DNA of 64,000 bases from Phoronis australis (lineage: Eukaryota > Animalia > Phoronida): NCBI GenBank assembly GCA_002633005.1, contig NMRA01000238.1, positions 496,001 to 560,000 of the forward strand, given 5' to 3'. The position numbers and the translations under genes are program-made. Numbering within the stretch: the stretch's first letter is position 1; every line of letters starts with the position of its first letter. A model generated the notes under the pieces. The model saw only the letters and a list, made by a program, of their open reading frames with translations. It searched no databases and was not told the origin of the DNA. This document shows, piece after piece, positions 1 through 11,700 of the stretch.

Positions 1-767
1 TGTCTCGGCATTGATGTTAACATGAGTTGGTGTACTAAGTGAAGACACTGTACACTCAACATGACAGAGTAGTGAAGTGTTCCTGTCTAAATGTAATGAA
101 GTGTTAGTTTTGGGGATAATTTTATTATTGCACTGGTACTTGCTAAGTGGTTATCAATATTTAGCGTCTTGTTTCTTCATATAGTCTAGAAGTGTGTTCT
201 CACGTCGGAGCACTACTCTACAAAATCGAGGCTTGTGTGAGAAATGGCTTCAATAAAGCATCCTGTACATCTGTCCCTTGCTAGTGGAATGCTACGTTTT
301 CAAAAAAGGTAGTATTCTACGTTCCATTTTTAACTTAAGACTTAGCTTCACTTTGCAATTTGTTAGCAATGGGCTGTGAGTGATAGCTGCAATTAAGAGG
401 TTTAGAGGTTTATACAGGATTCCAAAACTGGGAATCCAAATTTTCCAAAGTAACACTTGTTATGTTCGTGGTTTTCACTGACTAAACATGGGAGTTTTGA
501 GTCCACATATGTTTCCATTTGCTTGGACGGGAGAACAAGGCCCGTGGAAACCAATCTGGAAAGATACTGATTGGCTGAATTACGTGTTGATGCACAGGAA
601 TGATGCAGGGGAAATTTCTTTTGAAAAAAAAATTGTCTAATGTTTTATATGTACTCCAGCTTTGCCTGCAACAAAAACCCTCGAAAGTATATTCAGGGAG
701 ACATTTCACCTGTGGCGAGTGATGAAAATAGAAATAGATGTTGCTTGTAAGCATGACCTGAAAAACT

Positions 768-1947
768 ATGAACATTTGTTCTGAGTTCACCAATCCCAGC
801 AAGGCTTCTAAAACAAAGGACAACTCAAATGACAGACGGAAGCTGAACATCATACCTCCAAAGATGCAAGAGCAAGATGATTTTTTCCATACTCTCTATG
901 AGTGCTCACAACACATGAAATTCTTCACAAACATTTCCTGCCAGAGAAAGTGGATCGTGATGTGGCCTAGCCAGCCATCCCTAAGACGACGAAATCCATC
1001 CTGTTTCGCGAAGAGTACAGAGGACTCCGTGAAGAAGAGCTCGTCTCCAAGGCCAGGGACTTGGTTCTTGAACTGTCGGTAAGTCGCGAAGAGGCTCGTT
1101 ATTTACACGAGGCTACTATTTTGCAGTCCAGTAGCATTTTGTGGTTCGACCACCGTGTAGGCAGAATCACTGCCTGTACTACCCATACGAACAAAGACCA
1201 TCCATCCCCAAGCTTGGTGAGGTCAATCTGTACAACGTCGTACAACAAAGGTACGTCAAGTGTTCCATCACTGCAATATGGCAGAGAACAGGAAGAATCC
1301 GCTATTGCATTGTGGGCAGGTTTTCTGTCAGAACAGCATGTAAATTTGCAGGTGTCGAAATGTGGCACTTGGATTTGTGTTGAACACCCATTTCTGTCAG
1401 CTAGTGCGGATGGCATTGTGGAATGCGAATGTTGTGGTACTGGCCTCGTGAAAGCAAAGTGTCCATACATCCTGGAGGATTGCGAGGATCGCAATGAACT
1501 TATCAAGTACGCTATGGACAATAATGGCCGTCTACGTGTGGACCATGAATACTACACACAAGTGCAATTTCGAATGCATGTGTACAATTTGGAATTTTGT
1601 TATTTTGTTGTTTATGCTCCTCATGCTGGTGCGGCTATAGATATAAAGAGAGACGATGGTTGGTTCTCTGACCAATACCAACATTTAAAGAATTTTTTGT
1701 AAAAGCAATTATGCCTGTTCTGATGACTGGATGTTCCACTGTTGGTGACCGCACACACTGTGATCATGGTGCTCAGTTGGCAGGTTTTTGTATTTGTAGC
1801 TCAGATAAGGAACGTGGTGTTATGGTTAGGTGTAGTAACTTCAGGAAGTGTGTGAAAGTGTGGTTTCACCTAGATTGTTTGACACTTACTAGCGCTCCCA
1901 AGGGCTATTGGCTCTGTCCTTATTGTAGGAAACAGAACCGGAAATAG
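768..1947 (+). pseudogene. Frameshifted YqaJ-like (lambda-exonuclease/PD-(D/E)XK) nuclease with C-terminal PHD finger; accessory ORF of an ISL2EU-like DNA transposon
   Basis: ORF 1061-1702 has YqaJ motifs EATILQSSSILWFDHRVGRITA, YGREQE, HPFLSASADG, KCPY, HEYYTQVQ, CYFVVY. ORF 1711-1947 is a PHD finger (CIC...MVRCSNFRKCVKVWFHLDCL..APKGYWLCPYC). One extra T in the T-run at 1693-1698 would fuse them (NFFVKAIMPVL). The catalytic ExK reads KAK. Confidence 0.85.
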
Positions 1948-2363
1948 GCAGTTTGTCTTCGGTGTGTGAAACTAGATTATGACATACACAAGACTTCCTG
2001 GCTCAGCTGTTGTGCATTGGCACTACTTTTTGTGGCATCCCAGGCCTGCCGGGATCGGTTCATGGCACTCATCCCCATTAGTCTTTATTTTACACGTGAA
2101 GAATTGCCAAACACAGAAAACCTGTGCTTTCGAAATCACAAGGTTCAAAACTATGGTAATTGCCCTCGCATGCATGCAAACACAGACATAGACTGTAACT
2201 AAGAACATACTGTATGTGTGGGTGCATGCGTACGTGCGTGTGTTTGTGTGTCCACTGATCGACGAGTGACACCGATTATGCGATTTCTACGTTAGTGCTG
2301 TCACGCTAAGCCGCCATTGGAAAACACTACTGTTAAAAGTTTACCAACTACACACATCAATTT

Positions 2364-2567
2364 CTAAATATGATATACCTGTGAGAAAATGAACACTTGA
2401 TCGTATTTCCCTGGTTGGAAATCCTGTCTCCGAATGACGGCTATCCATGCCTCTGCTTGAAGTGGTCGCTTCTTCTCCGATGGGAAACTAAAGAAACTTA
2501 TTTGATTCCCGTGAATCTTTTTTCCCCAACGATTTGTGCAGTTATATGCTACGCAACTTTTCATCAT
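2364..2567 (-). pseudogene. THAP zinc-finger N-terminus of a transposase (truncated)
   Basis: MKSCVAYNCTNR...SFFSFP...AWIAVIRR..FQPGKYDQV is a C2CH THAP signature. The final CSxHF motif is disrupted (HFLT continues in another frame, followed by a gtatat donor). No DDE core is visible downstream. Confidence 0.8.
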
Positions 2568-2792
2568 ATTGGACTAGAACTGACAAAACACGTAAAACTG
2601 AGATGTTTTGAAATACCTAAACCGTACAGCTAACAGGTATTCAAGGGGCATCTCCAGCTGTTTTGCTCCGCGGTTCATTGTCAAGTGACTTTGTGACGTA
2701 ACTGGAAATTGGTGTATACAGTTGTAGAAATGTCAGTACGTGTAAAAATGTTGACACATGAAACATGAATGACTCTTTTCCTATATCTTCAG

Positions 2793-3560
2793 ATTCAGTT
2801 CTGCTTACAACCTAAAGAGGAGCAACAGACTACCATCCAACCAAGCACGTCCAGGTAAGGATACTTATATGTGTCCACATTTACACTAAACGCTTTACAA
2901 TTTCAAAAATCTTACTTGTTAAGTCATCCAAAATTATTCATCAAAAACATTTTTTATGCGACCACATATTTGTATGTGGGGACATAATTACGGTGCAATC
3001 ATGCATGAGCGCACTTCAATGCTCGGTGTTGCTCTTCTTGACATCCCCATCAATTTGCAAATGGTCTTGTGAATGATAGTTTTACTTTTCTTTATCATTT
3101 ATATGGATACGTGTGTGTGTGTTTACATCGTGCTTCCCATTAGATAGGACATAGCTTGGACCTTCTGGAATTACCTCACAATGTCAAAAATAAAATCCGA
3201 TCAAGGGCTTAAGTTAATTCAAAAGCAAATCAGATGTTGAGCAGGTGTCACGAGTGCGTGGTGATTCGCTTGTGTCAAAGCATATCCACTACATTCTTTT
3301 TCAGAAACACATACGACACATACATAAATCTGATTGCTAGCGAGCAACAAGAACTTGAAGATCGACAGCTGGCTGAGGCTGTTCAAGCCAGCCTCAATGA
3401 CCCTCAGCCCTCCTCAGGACTAGAAGACATCCTTAGGGCTTGGGCAGCTTCATCCACAATCCAGGATGTCAAGTCAAACATTATTGTCAATAGAAGGACA
3501 GTTTTCTCAAGTGCTGTAAGGGCACTGAAGAAGACGTCCTTCAACTTTGGTCACAAGCCA
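2793..3560 (+). pseudogene. Two-exon fragment of a G2E3-like HECT E3 ubiquitin ligase (UIM-like motif plus start of the HECT N-lobe), truncated
   Basis: Exon 2793-2854 (ttcag|...ccag|gtaagg) splices in frame to 3305 (ttttcag|). The product contains EDRQLAEAVQASL (UIM-like) and IIVNRRTVFSSAVRALKKTSFNFGHKP, resembling the segment preceding HECT domains. It breaks off just before the BEL/Pao fragment. Confidence 0.55.
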
Positions 3561-3699
3561 TATAATTATATACTAAGTTATCGCACATATGTATTTTCAT
3601 TATGGAATACAAATATTTTGACATCAAATGTATAAGATCAAATATAAATATAAGGTATCGAATACACATAATTACATCAAACCTAATTTTTTGAACACT

Positions 3700-4463
3700 G
3701 AATTTTGCAACACATAACACGCCATACTAGACAGCTTGCTTCATGTGACAGCCTATATTCTGAAGTTTGTGAAAAAGTTACGTAGACAACAAGTGTAAAA
3801 CTGACTGAGGATGACTTGGAAAATGTGAAATTAATGTGGATCAAACACATTCAGAGCAACTATTACTCTCGCGAACTTAGTGGTAATGACGACCCAACCC
3901 CACTTACCCCATCACATCTGATCCATGGACGTATGACTTCAACATTACCCCGCCCGTTTACAGAACTTGACGAAATAAAAGATCCAGATTTTACTCAACG
4001 ACACGATTTCATGAATAGACGAGTGAAATATTTGAATAAGCTGTATAAAGACCTTTGGACACGATGGAAAAACGAATATTTAGCATCCCTCCGAGAGAGA
4101 CACGCTCAATCTGCAACACGTGGCAGAATTCAGAAAAACGTAATTACCAAGGGAGACGTCGTGTTTATTCAGTCCGACACTGAAAAACGTGTCAACTGGC
4201 ACATGGGCATCGTGAAAGATTTGAACATTGGAGCTGATGGATTCGTACGTTCAGCAATCATCAAGACGAGAAATGGATTGACAAATCGACCAATAGCTAA
4301 ACTCTACCCGCTCGAAGTAAACAGTAACGTAATGAACAACGATAACACAGACTTTGAAATCAATCAAGAAGCTGTGGATCGACCCAAGCATCAAGCAGCT
4401 AAATTGGCTATGGAAAGAATCAAGCGTTTATTCACCCAAGACCAAGATGAACATTCAGATTAA
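3700..4463 (+). mobile_element. BEL/Pao LTR retrotransposon pol 3' fragment (integrase C-terminal, DUF5641-like), internally deleted
   Basis: PLTPSHLIHGR, LWTRWKNEYLASLRE, KGDVVFI, WHMGIV..L..GADGFVRSAIIKT...TNRPIAKLYPLE are BEL/Pao C-terminal motifs. The upstream LLHVTAYILKFV and WIKHIQ segment is joined to them without the integrase core. Confidence 0.9.
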
Positions 4464-4606
4464 TTGTAAATCAAGCAGTGACTATGTATTCCGTGCATAA
4501 CCATATGACTAGTTTGTGTACTTGTATTCTTAATTTGATGTGATTTTGAGTGAGCGCAACATAACTTTACAATGGATTGTTAAATTTTGACCATTTTCAC
4601 ACTTTC

Positions 4607-4800
4607 GGCCGGCGGAGTGTCATGAATTCTCATGAAGTTAATTAAGTGCAAATTTCATCCTTTCCTGTGACGTACAACTATCCCAACTATACTACCACGA
4701 CCATCCCCACACTAGTGGAATCCATGTCTCCACATTAATGATATTTCCATGAGAGTTAGTTTACATTACTTAGTACCTCTAAGTTCGTCATTCTTGTTTC
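4607..4800 (+). mobile_element. Putative polypurine tract and start of the 3' LTR of the BEL/Pao element
   Basis: ggccggcggag (4607-4617) is immediately followed by TGT (4618), about 150 bp after the pol stop. The LTR end was not identified, so the end coordinate is arbitrary. Confidence 0.5.
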
Positions 4801-5744
4801 TTCAATTCGTCATTATTAGTTATCCAGTTCATCATTCTTATTTATTATTTCTGTTCGTAGGTCATGTCTCAAAGCCAGATGGACAGGCAGAAAGGTAACC
4901 AATAGCTTGATGCTGAAGCAGAGGTTGTCATTGAACTTTGGTAGGATGATGGATGTTTTCCAGTAAATGGGTACCAGGAAAAGGACTAAAAAACTGCTCA
5001 GTGAAGCAAAGTACAAGACTGAGACAGCTATGGAAACACATAAGAGTACACGTCAGACCACTACTAAACTGTCTATTCCAGGTTAGTCCCCCATTTTCTG
5101 TGCGTACGCCATATCCCTGCAGCCCTTCAGTGAATCCATGATAATTATTAATAATTACCTAATTAACTAACATCCTATTTTTCATATCAGGGAAAACCCT
5201 GCAAGAGTTAAGGTCTTGTTTTTCCGCCTCGTATATCAACATTGGGTATAGCAACAGTGGGGTAGGGTAAAATAATAGATTAATTGTAACACAGAGTAGT
5301 TTGGGGAGGGGGGGGTAAGTGAAACAGACCAGACAGGAGATACACAGGTAATACATGTGGTATAATATAATTTTGAAAAACAAGACCGAAGGTCTACAAA
5401 TAACTTTATATTTACATTTTAGCCAGTCAATATTGCAATTTTTGCTTTTTATTCTAGCCATGGACCTACCGTACGGACTCCTGAAAACCACACTGGCTGA
5501 GAACACTTTCAAAGGAATTACCAAGTTATTATTTAGGGAACTGCTCAACTGGATGCTCCAGGATCTCTAAGCTACTAATAAGCTATACGTGGTATACACG
5601 CCATATACAGGACGTATACTTCATGTACAATACTTGGTGTGTACCTTGGACAGTATATAACCAGTGATACATTGGTGTAGATGTTGTATACATTAGACAC
5701 AAACCATGCACATGTCGTATTCGCGGTATACAGGCTGTATAGTT

Positions 5745-6690
5745 GATGAAGGACACACCAGTTAGGTGGGGTTTGAAGGTGTTTGTTGTTGCTGAGAGTT
5801 CACCAGGATATGTGATGAACCTTAGTTAAGGTGTATACTGGGAAAACAGAAAATGTCAGGGATAATGAAGCAGCTCACGATGCTGTGATGGAACTGACTG
5901 AGCCATTTCTGAATGTTGGCCATCGCCTATTCATGGACAACCTTTATTTCAGTATCCCCACATTGGAGTCCCTTTTAGCACCTGCGATGCTGGCTTGTGG
6001 GATAGTCAGGGCAAATCATGAAGATCTCCCAAAAGAGTGCATGAACAGTGTTTCACCAATGGTGAAGTCTATGAACCCAGGTGACGCACACTTCAGGTTT
6101 AAAGGCTCTCTCACTGCAACAGCGTGGATGGATAGGAAGCTTGAAAAAATATTAACAGTACTGACAGTATGGCCTGACATTCTGCTTAGTATCCTGGTCA
6201 ACCAGAGTCAATGGTCAATTTGTGAAAGTTGATGTGAATCGCCTAGACATGATATCAGAATACAACACACACATGGGTGGGGTTGATTTGTCGCACCAAT
6301 GAATCAATTCCCACAACCGCCTAATGAGAGGTTTCTTGTATTATTTGAAGTTACTTTGTTTCACGATAGAGACTGCGTGGATCAACTCATTTCTGTTGCA
6401 ACGAAAGCTGAGTGGTGAAAACACCAAGATGAAGACTTTACTCTGCTATTGTGCGAGGAGCTGATTGGCCGCAATATGGCGCACCTCTACGCTTGAGGAT
6501 TGTGCACGTCTAAACTGTAATTTGAACCATGCCCCTGTGAAAGAGGTTGACAAAAAATGATCAGCTTGTGTTGTTTATCATCAGTGTGTTGAAACCATGT
6601 ACTGTTGTTCGGTGTGCCGAGCGCACATGTGTTCTGCTCCGTGTTTTGGCAGGTATCACTATCTACACGACTATGAGTACGACGACCCTG
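5745..6690 (+). pseudogene. piggyBac transposase relic (DDE_Tnp_1_7 core plus C-terminal Cys-rich domain), with frameshifts and stops
   Basis: Across frames: MKDTPVRWGLKVFVVAESSPGYV, VYTGK, LTEPFLNVGHRLFMDNLYFS, ACGIVRAN, WMDRK, EYNTHMGGVD, and the CRD CVVYHQCVETMYCCSVCRAHMCSAPCFGRYH (~6570-6660). Confidence 0.9.
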
Positions 6691-6732
6691 AGAACCCAGA
6701 CACTCCGAAAAAAAGAAAAATGCCGAGACATT

Positions 6733-7392
6733 TGTGACATAAGTTATCTTTTTGCACAATAGATGATGCTTTACACAGGATTGACTCTTTAAAAGTGGAG
6801 GCAGGAGGGGTGGATTTTAAAATAAATGGCCGACCAAATGATCTTGAAATTGCTAGAAGGATTTTATCGAACTTTCTAGACGAATTGCTGCTATAAAAGG
6901 CTCAGGACTTCGCTGATCAAAAATACCAGTCATCAAGTCGTAGTCAAGACCTGTGGTTATTGATAGCCTGAGTGTATTTCGCCGTCGCTCGACATTACAA
7001 CTACAGCCTACAGCCAAGTGTATGTGTTTATCTTCTTGTCTCGTCAGTCGGAGAGCTGGACTCTGTCACACATTGTTAATAGATGCTCTGGTGTGTTGTT
7101 TTGCTGTCCTTAGGATCGTGTCGTCAGGCGTAAAGCTCAAGGTCAAGGACCGTCGCCGTATAACCACAGTGCAGGACCAGGACAGAGACTCTAGTGTGTT
7201 TACTCTGACGTCAGGGACTCTTGTCGTTTGTATAATTTTCCTTTAAAATTTGATACTTAATTGTGTGTTTGTATTGTTATCATGTTGTTACAATATATTT
7301 ACTCATTGTTTGTCCATACACTGTGTCGCCAGTTCTCTCAAAGTTTGACTAAATTTCTGTCCTGTTCCAAATTCTCTTGTGTGCACGTCACA
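6733..7392 (+). mobile_element. Solo LTR (660 bp, probably Gypsy-type) with 4-bp TSD
   Basis: Begins TGTGAC and ends GTCACA. Flanked by CATT (6729-6732) and CATT (7393-7396). Internal TATA-like ctataaaag at ~6891. Confidence 0.8.
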
Positions 7393-8798
7393 CATTAAAA
7401 ACTGGTATCCTAGAACGTTAGTGATGATAGTAAACTGTGAGTGACTATAAAAATGTGTCTGAACTATGTGGATTGTGTTTATGTGGCTGAAGTAGGTATG
7501 TTATGTAAAATTGTCGATTGATGAGTTTTCAAATTACAGATTAACACAAATTTATGTTGCTTTCTTCACAATTCTATGAATTTGCTCATAAGCTGTTAAA
7601 AGCTAAACACATAGAAAATTTAATGCTCTTTCCAAAAATGTATATATTGTTTGTGTTAACTTGAGAAATATAGCCAATGTTGTTCTATTCCTGAACTCAG
7701 TGTTGTTGTTTTTGCTAACTCTGAAATGAGGTCAGGTCACTGGTTACTGAACTGGTGAAAGTAGACCAGGCTCTGTAGGGTTAAGGGTTCACCTACATCT
7801 CTGAGCCCTAAGAGACCAAATGTCACAGGAAATCAATTCATGACCGAGCAGGGACGTTGACAAAAACTCTGCCTTCCACCAACCATAACTTGATGAGACC
7901 CGTGCACGGACTATTACTGGAGAAAGTCTTTCAAAACATTACTTAACGGACATTAACCTGAAACTCAAACACTACTACTACAGTCGTTCTACCACAAAGG
8001 TTCAAATTAATAATCTTTCTGGATATACTGTGCTAACTTATCTAAATATCTTCAAAGTAACATAGAGATTTTTGCCATAATGCAAACAAGAAGCACCAAA
8101 TCAACATTATTATCCAACACAACAGTTCTGATTGGACACAGGTCGACAGCCTACGTCATATCTTCTTTACCTAAAAATCTATTAGTAAGTTAACTCCATA
8201 ATACATTTATATTATGGATATTAGTTGTGTTTCCATCAATGTGTCTACCTAATCACATACACACAGCCAAGTGGTTACCATGCAACCATAGATCACCGAC
8301 AACAGACTGGCAACTCCAATTTTTCTAACATATTATCTTCCAATGCAAAAGTCAACGTCCAGTTAGTGAGCAGACAATGTACTTGCCAGAGTAACACGTG
8401 CATGACACCAGGCACCACTGGTGAATGACGTCACAGCCAATAGAGTGGGTTGTGGCTTGTATGCAAGATCAATGATCTAGTGTACTGAGAATATACAGTT
8501 GTCTGTCCATGCACTGGAATCTATGATCCAACCGCCAATTTAAAGATAGAAGGCGATATGTACTTACAAACCGTACGTACATAATTTATAACACCAGGCC
8601 AAAGGACAAGCATTGAAAGAAAAAAGTAATATCAATTAAACGATACATATAATAAATAAATTAACAAGTAAATGTTATTTGGCAGATGACCACCACTCTC
8701 CAGTTTGTAAGGACAAACCTTCTCTGTTACATTGCACTTGTTTACGTTGCCATCAGCAATAACCTTCACCGTCGTAGTTCTCGTCCCTTATTACCTCT

Positions 8799-11700
8799 CT
8801 AAATATTGCTGATTCCAGTCCGTTCTGCCAACTCCAATGCACTTTGCAGATTAGTGTCGAATAGTTCACATCTGAAAAAGACCAACATCACTTGTGCGAG
8901 ATGTTGTACAGCATTAGGGCACAATTTTTTTAATAAGAAAATGCAAATAAATCGCCCTTTCATCCAGTTGCAGGTAAGAGTATCAATAATAACAATTGCT
9001 TGTATCAACGAGAGTGATACCCCCTATGCTCACTCTGGGCTAGTTAACCTTGTTCAAATACTTACCTAATTGGCATGTCTATGGAGTAGAATGGATTCTT
9101 CAAGGCAAAGTCTGAGTAGATTTCGTATAGTTTCTTGAGCAGTGAGTCAATCCCAAGCTGTCTCAGGTCTGTGATGACAATGAATTTAATGCCTGAAAAC
9201 ATACACAAGAACTCAGATGTAAAGCAGCTGCATGTACATGATGGATATTTCAAACCTTATTCACAAAAAACTGACCGTATTTACAATATTTCGCATGCCT
9301 TATCTTCATTCTCGGGAACTTCAAAGACGAAATATACACTGGCGTAGCAAGAAACAAGATTTAGCATAACCGTGTGAAAATTTGTTAACTATTTATCCAA
9401 GGTCAAAGATTACAGGGCAGCCACTCAAATCAAAACTGTTGCCACATACAAATATGTAGGTGCATAAAAAATCTAACCAGGGATTTTTGAGATATCGAGT
9501 GGACACCCGGACAACCTAATATCTGGACGCCAGAACAAAGTGATGACAATAACCATATGTGGGCGATTCAAAATCAATTCACTGTTGCAAGTGCTCAAAA
9601 TAACACTCAAGCTTCACACTGCAAAACACGTTAACAAAAAGCTCTTATTATAGAATTCTGTTGGTTAATCTAAAAAAATAACTTGTTAGGCCAAAGAAAA
9701 TAGCACAATGGCTTCCTGTCACAGGCTTTTGAAAACAAAAGCCATGACGCAACATTTTTATTAGTTCATATTTTAGCAAAAACACCCGATGGAAGCTGCA
9801 GTGGGTAAGGATCAATTTCGAAAAAAGTTGGACACAGACTATAACCGATTCAGCGCTATTTTTGGCCTTACCATAAATTGTGCCACAACAAAATAGAACA
9901 CTACCACTGACATCTACAGCAAAACAGAAAACTCACCCGTCATTGTCTGGAAGCAGTGAAGTTTAAATGTGTCCGTTTCCAAAACTTCGATACCAGATGA
10001 CCTCACCTCAGGGGACAGTTGACAGCCAAAAGCAAACAAGCTGGAAATGAATTAAGCTGCAGTTACCAGCTAGTAAATACATGAAGAAATGCAGGCAATT
10101 TTTACAAGAGCAACGCAGAGCGTTGAAATGCACCCATGAATGCACCACAAACAATGTGCTTCTTGGGGTGTTTATTTGGAAAATAAAAAATGGCCACAAG
10201 ATGATGCAAAATGCATCGAATCCATCCGAAAACTGGTATGTGTCATCAAAGTTATTAACCAAATTTCACAAAAATCCATCAAGGAACTTCTGAGAAATTG
10301 AAGAAAATGACAAAAATAAAATTGCCAGTAGGAGGCTATAGGCACAAAAAACATAACTGCCACTAACAGGCGCCACAGTAGATGAAGTTGTCAGAAAATC
10401 GTCGTCAGACTTCCTCTTCACATTAGGAACATACATGCCAATTTCCACAACCATCCTTTGAGTGATTTGGTTGACAGAGGGGCAGACGCCAAATAACAAG
10501 ACTCGGAAACAGTAAAAATGGCCACTATGTGGTGCAAAATACAACGAATCAAACCAAAAACCAGCTCACTAATAAGATTTCTGTCTGCAAAATTTTAAAA
10601 ATCTGTTGAGAACCTTTGAAGATACAGAGGTAAAACTAAAAAAAAATAAAATTGCCACTAGACTTCAGGTCAGACTCCACCTGTTCCTTATGTCGGGCAT
10701 TCATGTGATTGTTAGCATTACTATTAAAAAAATCTTGGCCCCTCACATTTCATAGGGCACATAATATTTGAAAGATATTGGCCCAGTTGGAGACTAGCCA
10801 GATATAGTTAAGAGATATCCCTGAAAATGACAAAATTGGCCTTTTCCATTTTTTACAATGACTCAAAACTGATGGGATTCTTGACATTTTTTAAAAATAT
10901 TGTTTGATGGTATTAATGGAATTGAGCCCAAAAATGTCGACGCAGTAATTTTGTGCTACTTAGTTTCATTTAAAAATTGGAGAATATAACTTCATTTAGC
11001 AGCTGTATTCTGACAAAAAATGGGGAGATTCTACCGAACTGCTATAACGCGTCCGCCAACACAAATTTATCAAGCAGAATACTTACGAATGAAACATGCT
11101 GGCTAACATAATCTTTTCATTACTAGTCAGTCTGGGCCGGCCGAACTTAATGGCTATGGGATAGTTCTCTTCACTGGCGATCATTTCCAGCACATCGCGG
11201 TCATCTTCCAGTTTTCTCCCAACAGCATTCATCCCATTAACGGCAAGCACAGTATGACCAACTGCAATATCAATATACATACACCATTCTTATTGGGCAA
11301 AAATCATATACCATGTAACATTTTTACACTGAAAGTTATCTTTCATTTTGTTAACTTACACCTCACAAGCACTATTCACTTAATTCAAATTTTTCGAGTT
11401 CTTGATTAGGTGCAGGTTGCCAATGCAACTTCAGATTATGTTTGGTGACCTGGGAAAAGTCGCCACTGCGAGTATGAACATCAGATAAAAATTCCCTTGA
11501 AATTTGTTTAAGTTTGTGTCGACTTCCAAACTTACTTACTTTTAATACTGCACACGAGTCGCTAAGGGCAACTGAATGAAGGACTATTTAAAAAAAAGTT
11601 TAATTATGTATTTATTCACACTTGTTCATTATAATTCCAGGTGTATATGAATGCAGGTTTCTGTTGTAATTGTCAATGTCATTCGTCCTTCATCTTTCTG

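Larger units (their letters stand above)
300..2715. mobile_element. Degenerate ISL2EU (PIF/Harbinger-related) type DNA transposon with convergent YqaJ-PHD and THAP ORFs
   Basis: THAP transposase plus YqaJ exonuclease is the known ISL2EU two-gene layout. Candidate right terminus tgacgtaactggaaattggtgt|at at ~2715. The left boundary is not resolved and the start coordinate is approximate. Confidence 0.6.
5745..7784 (+). mobile_element. piggyBac element right part ending in AGGG|TTAA
   Basis: Downstream of the transposase relic and the solo LTR, the sequence ends ctctgtaggg (7780) followed by TTAA (7781-7784), the canonical piggyBac terminus and target. The left TIR was not found. Confidence 0.55.

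Noticed and set aside
1690-1712. Programmed -1 frameshift between YqaJ and PHD
   Set aside because: T_TTT_TTG is not a canonical slippery site and the element has other lesions; a homopolymer deletion is simpler.
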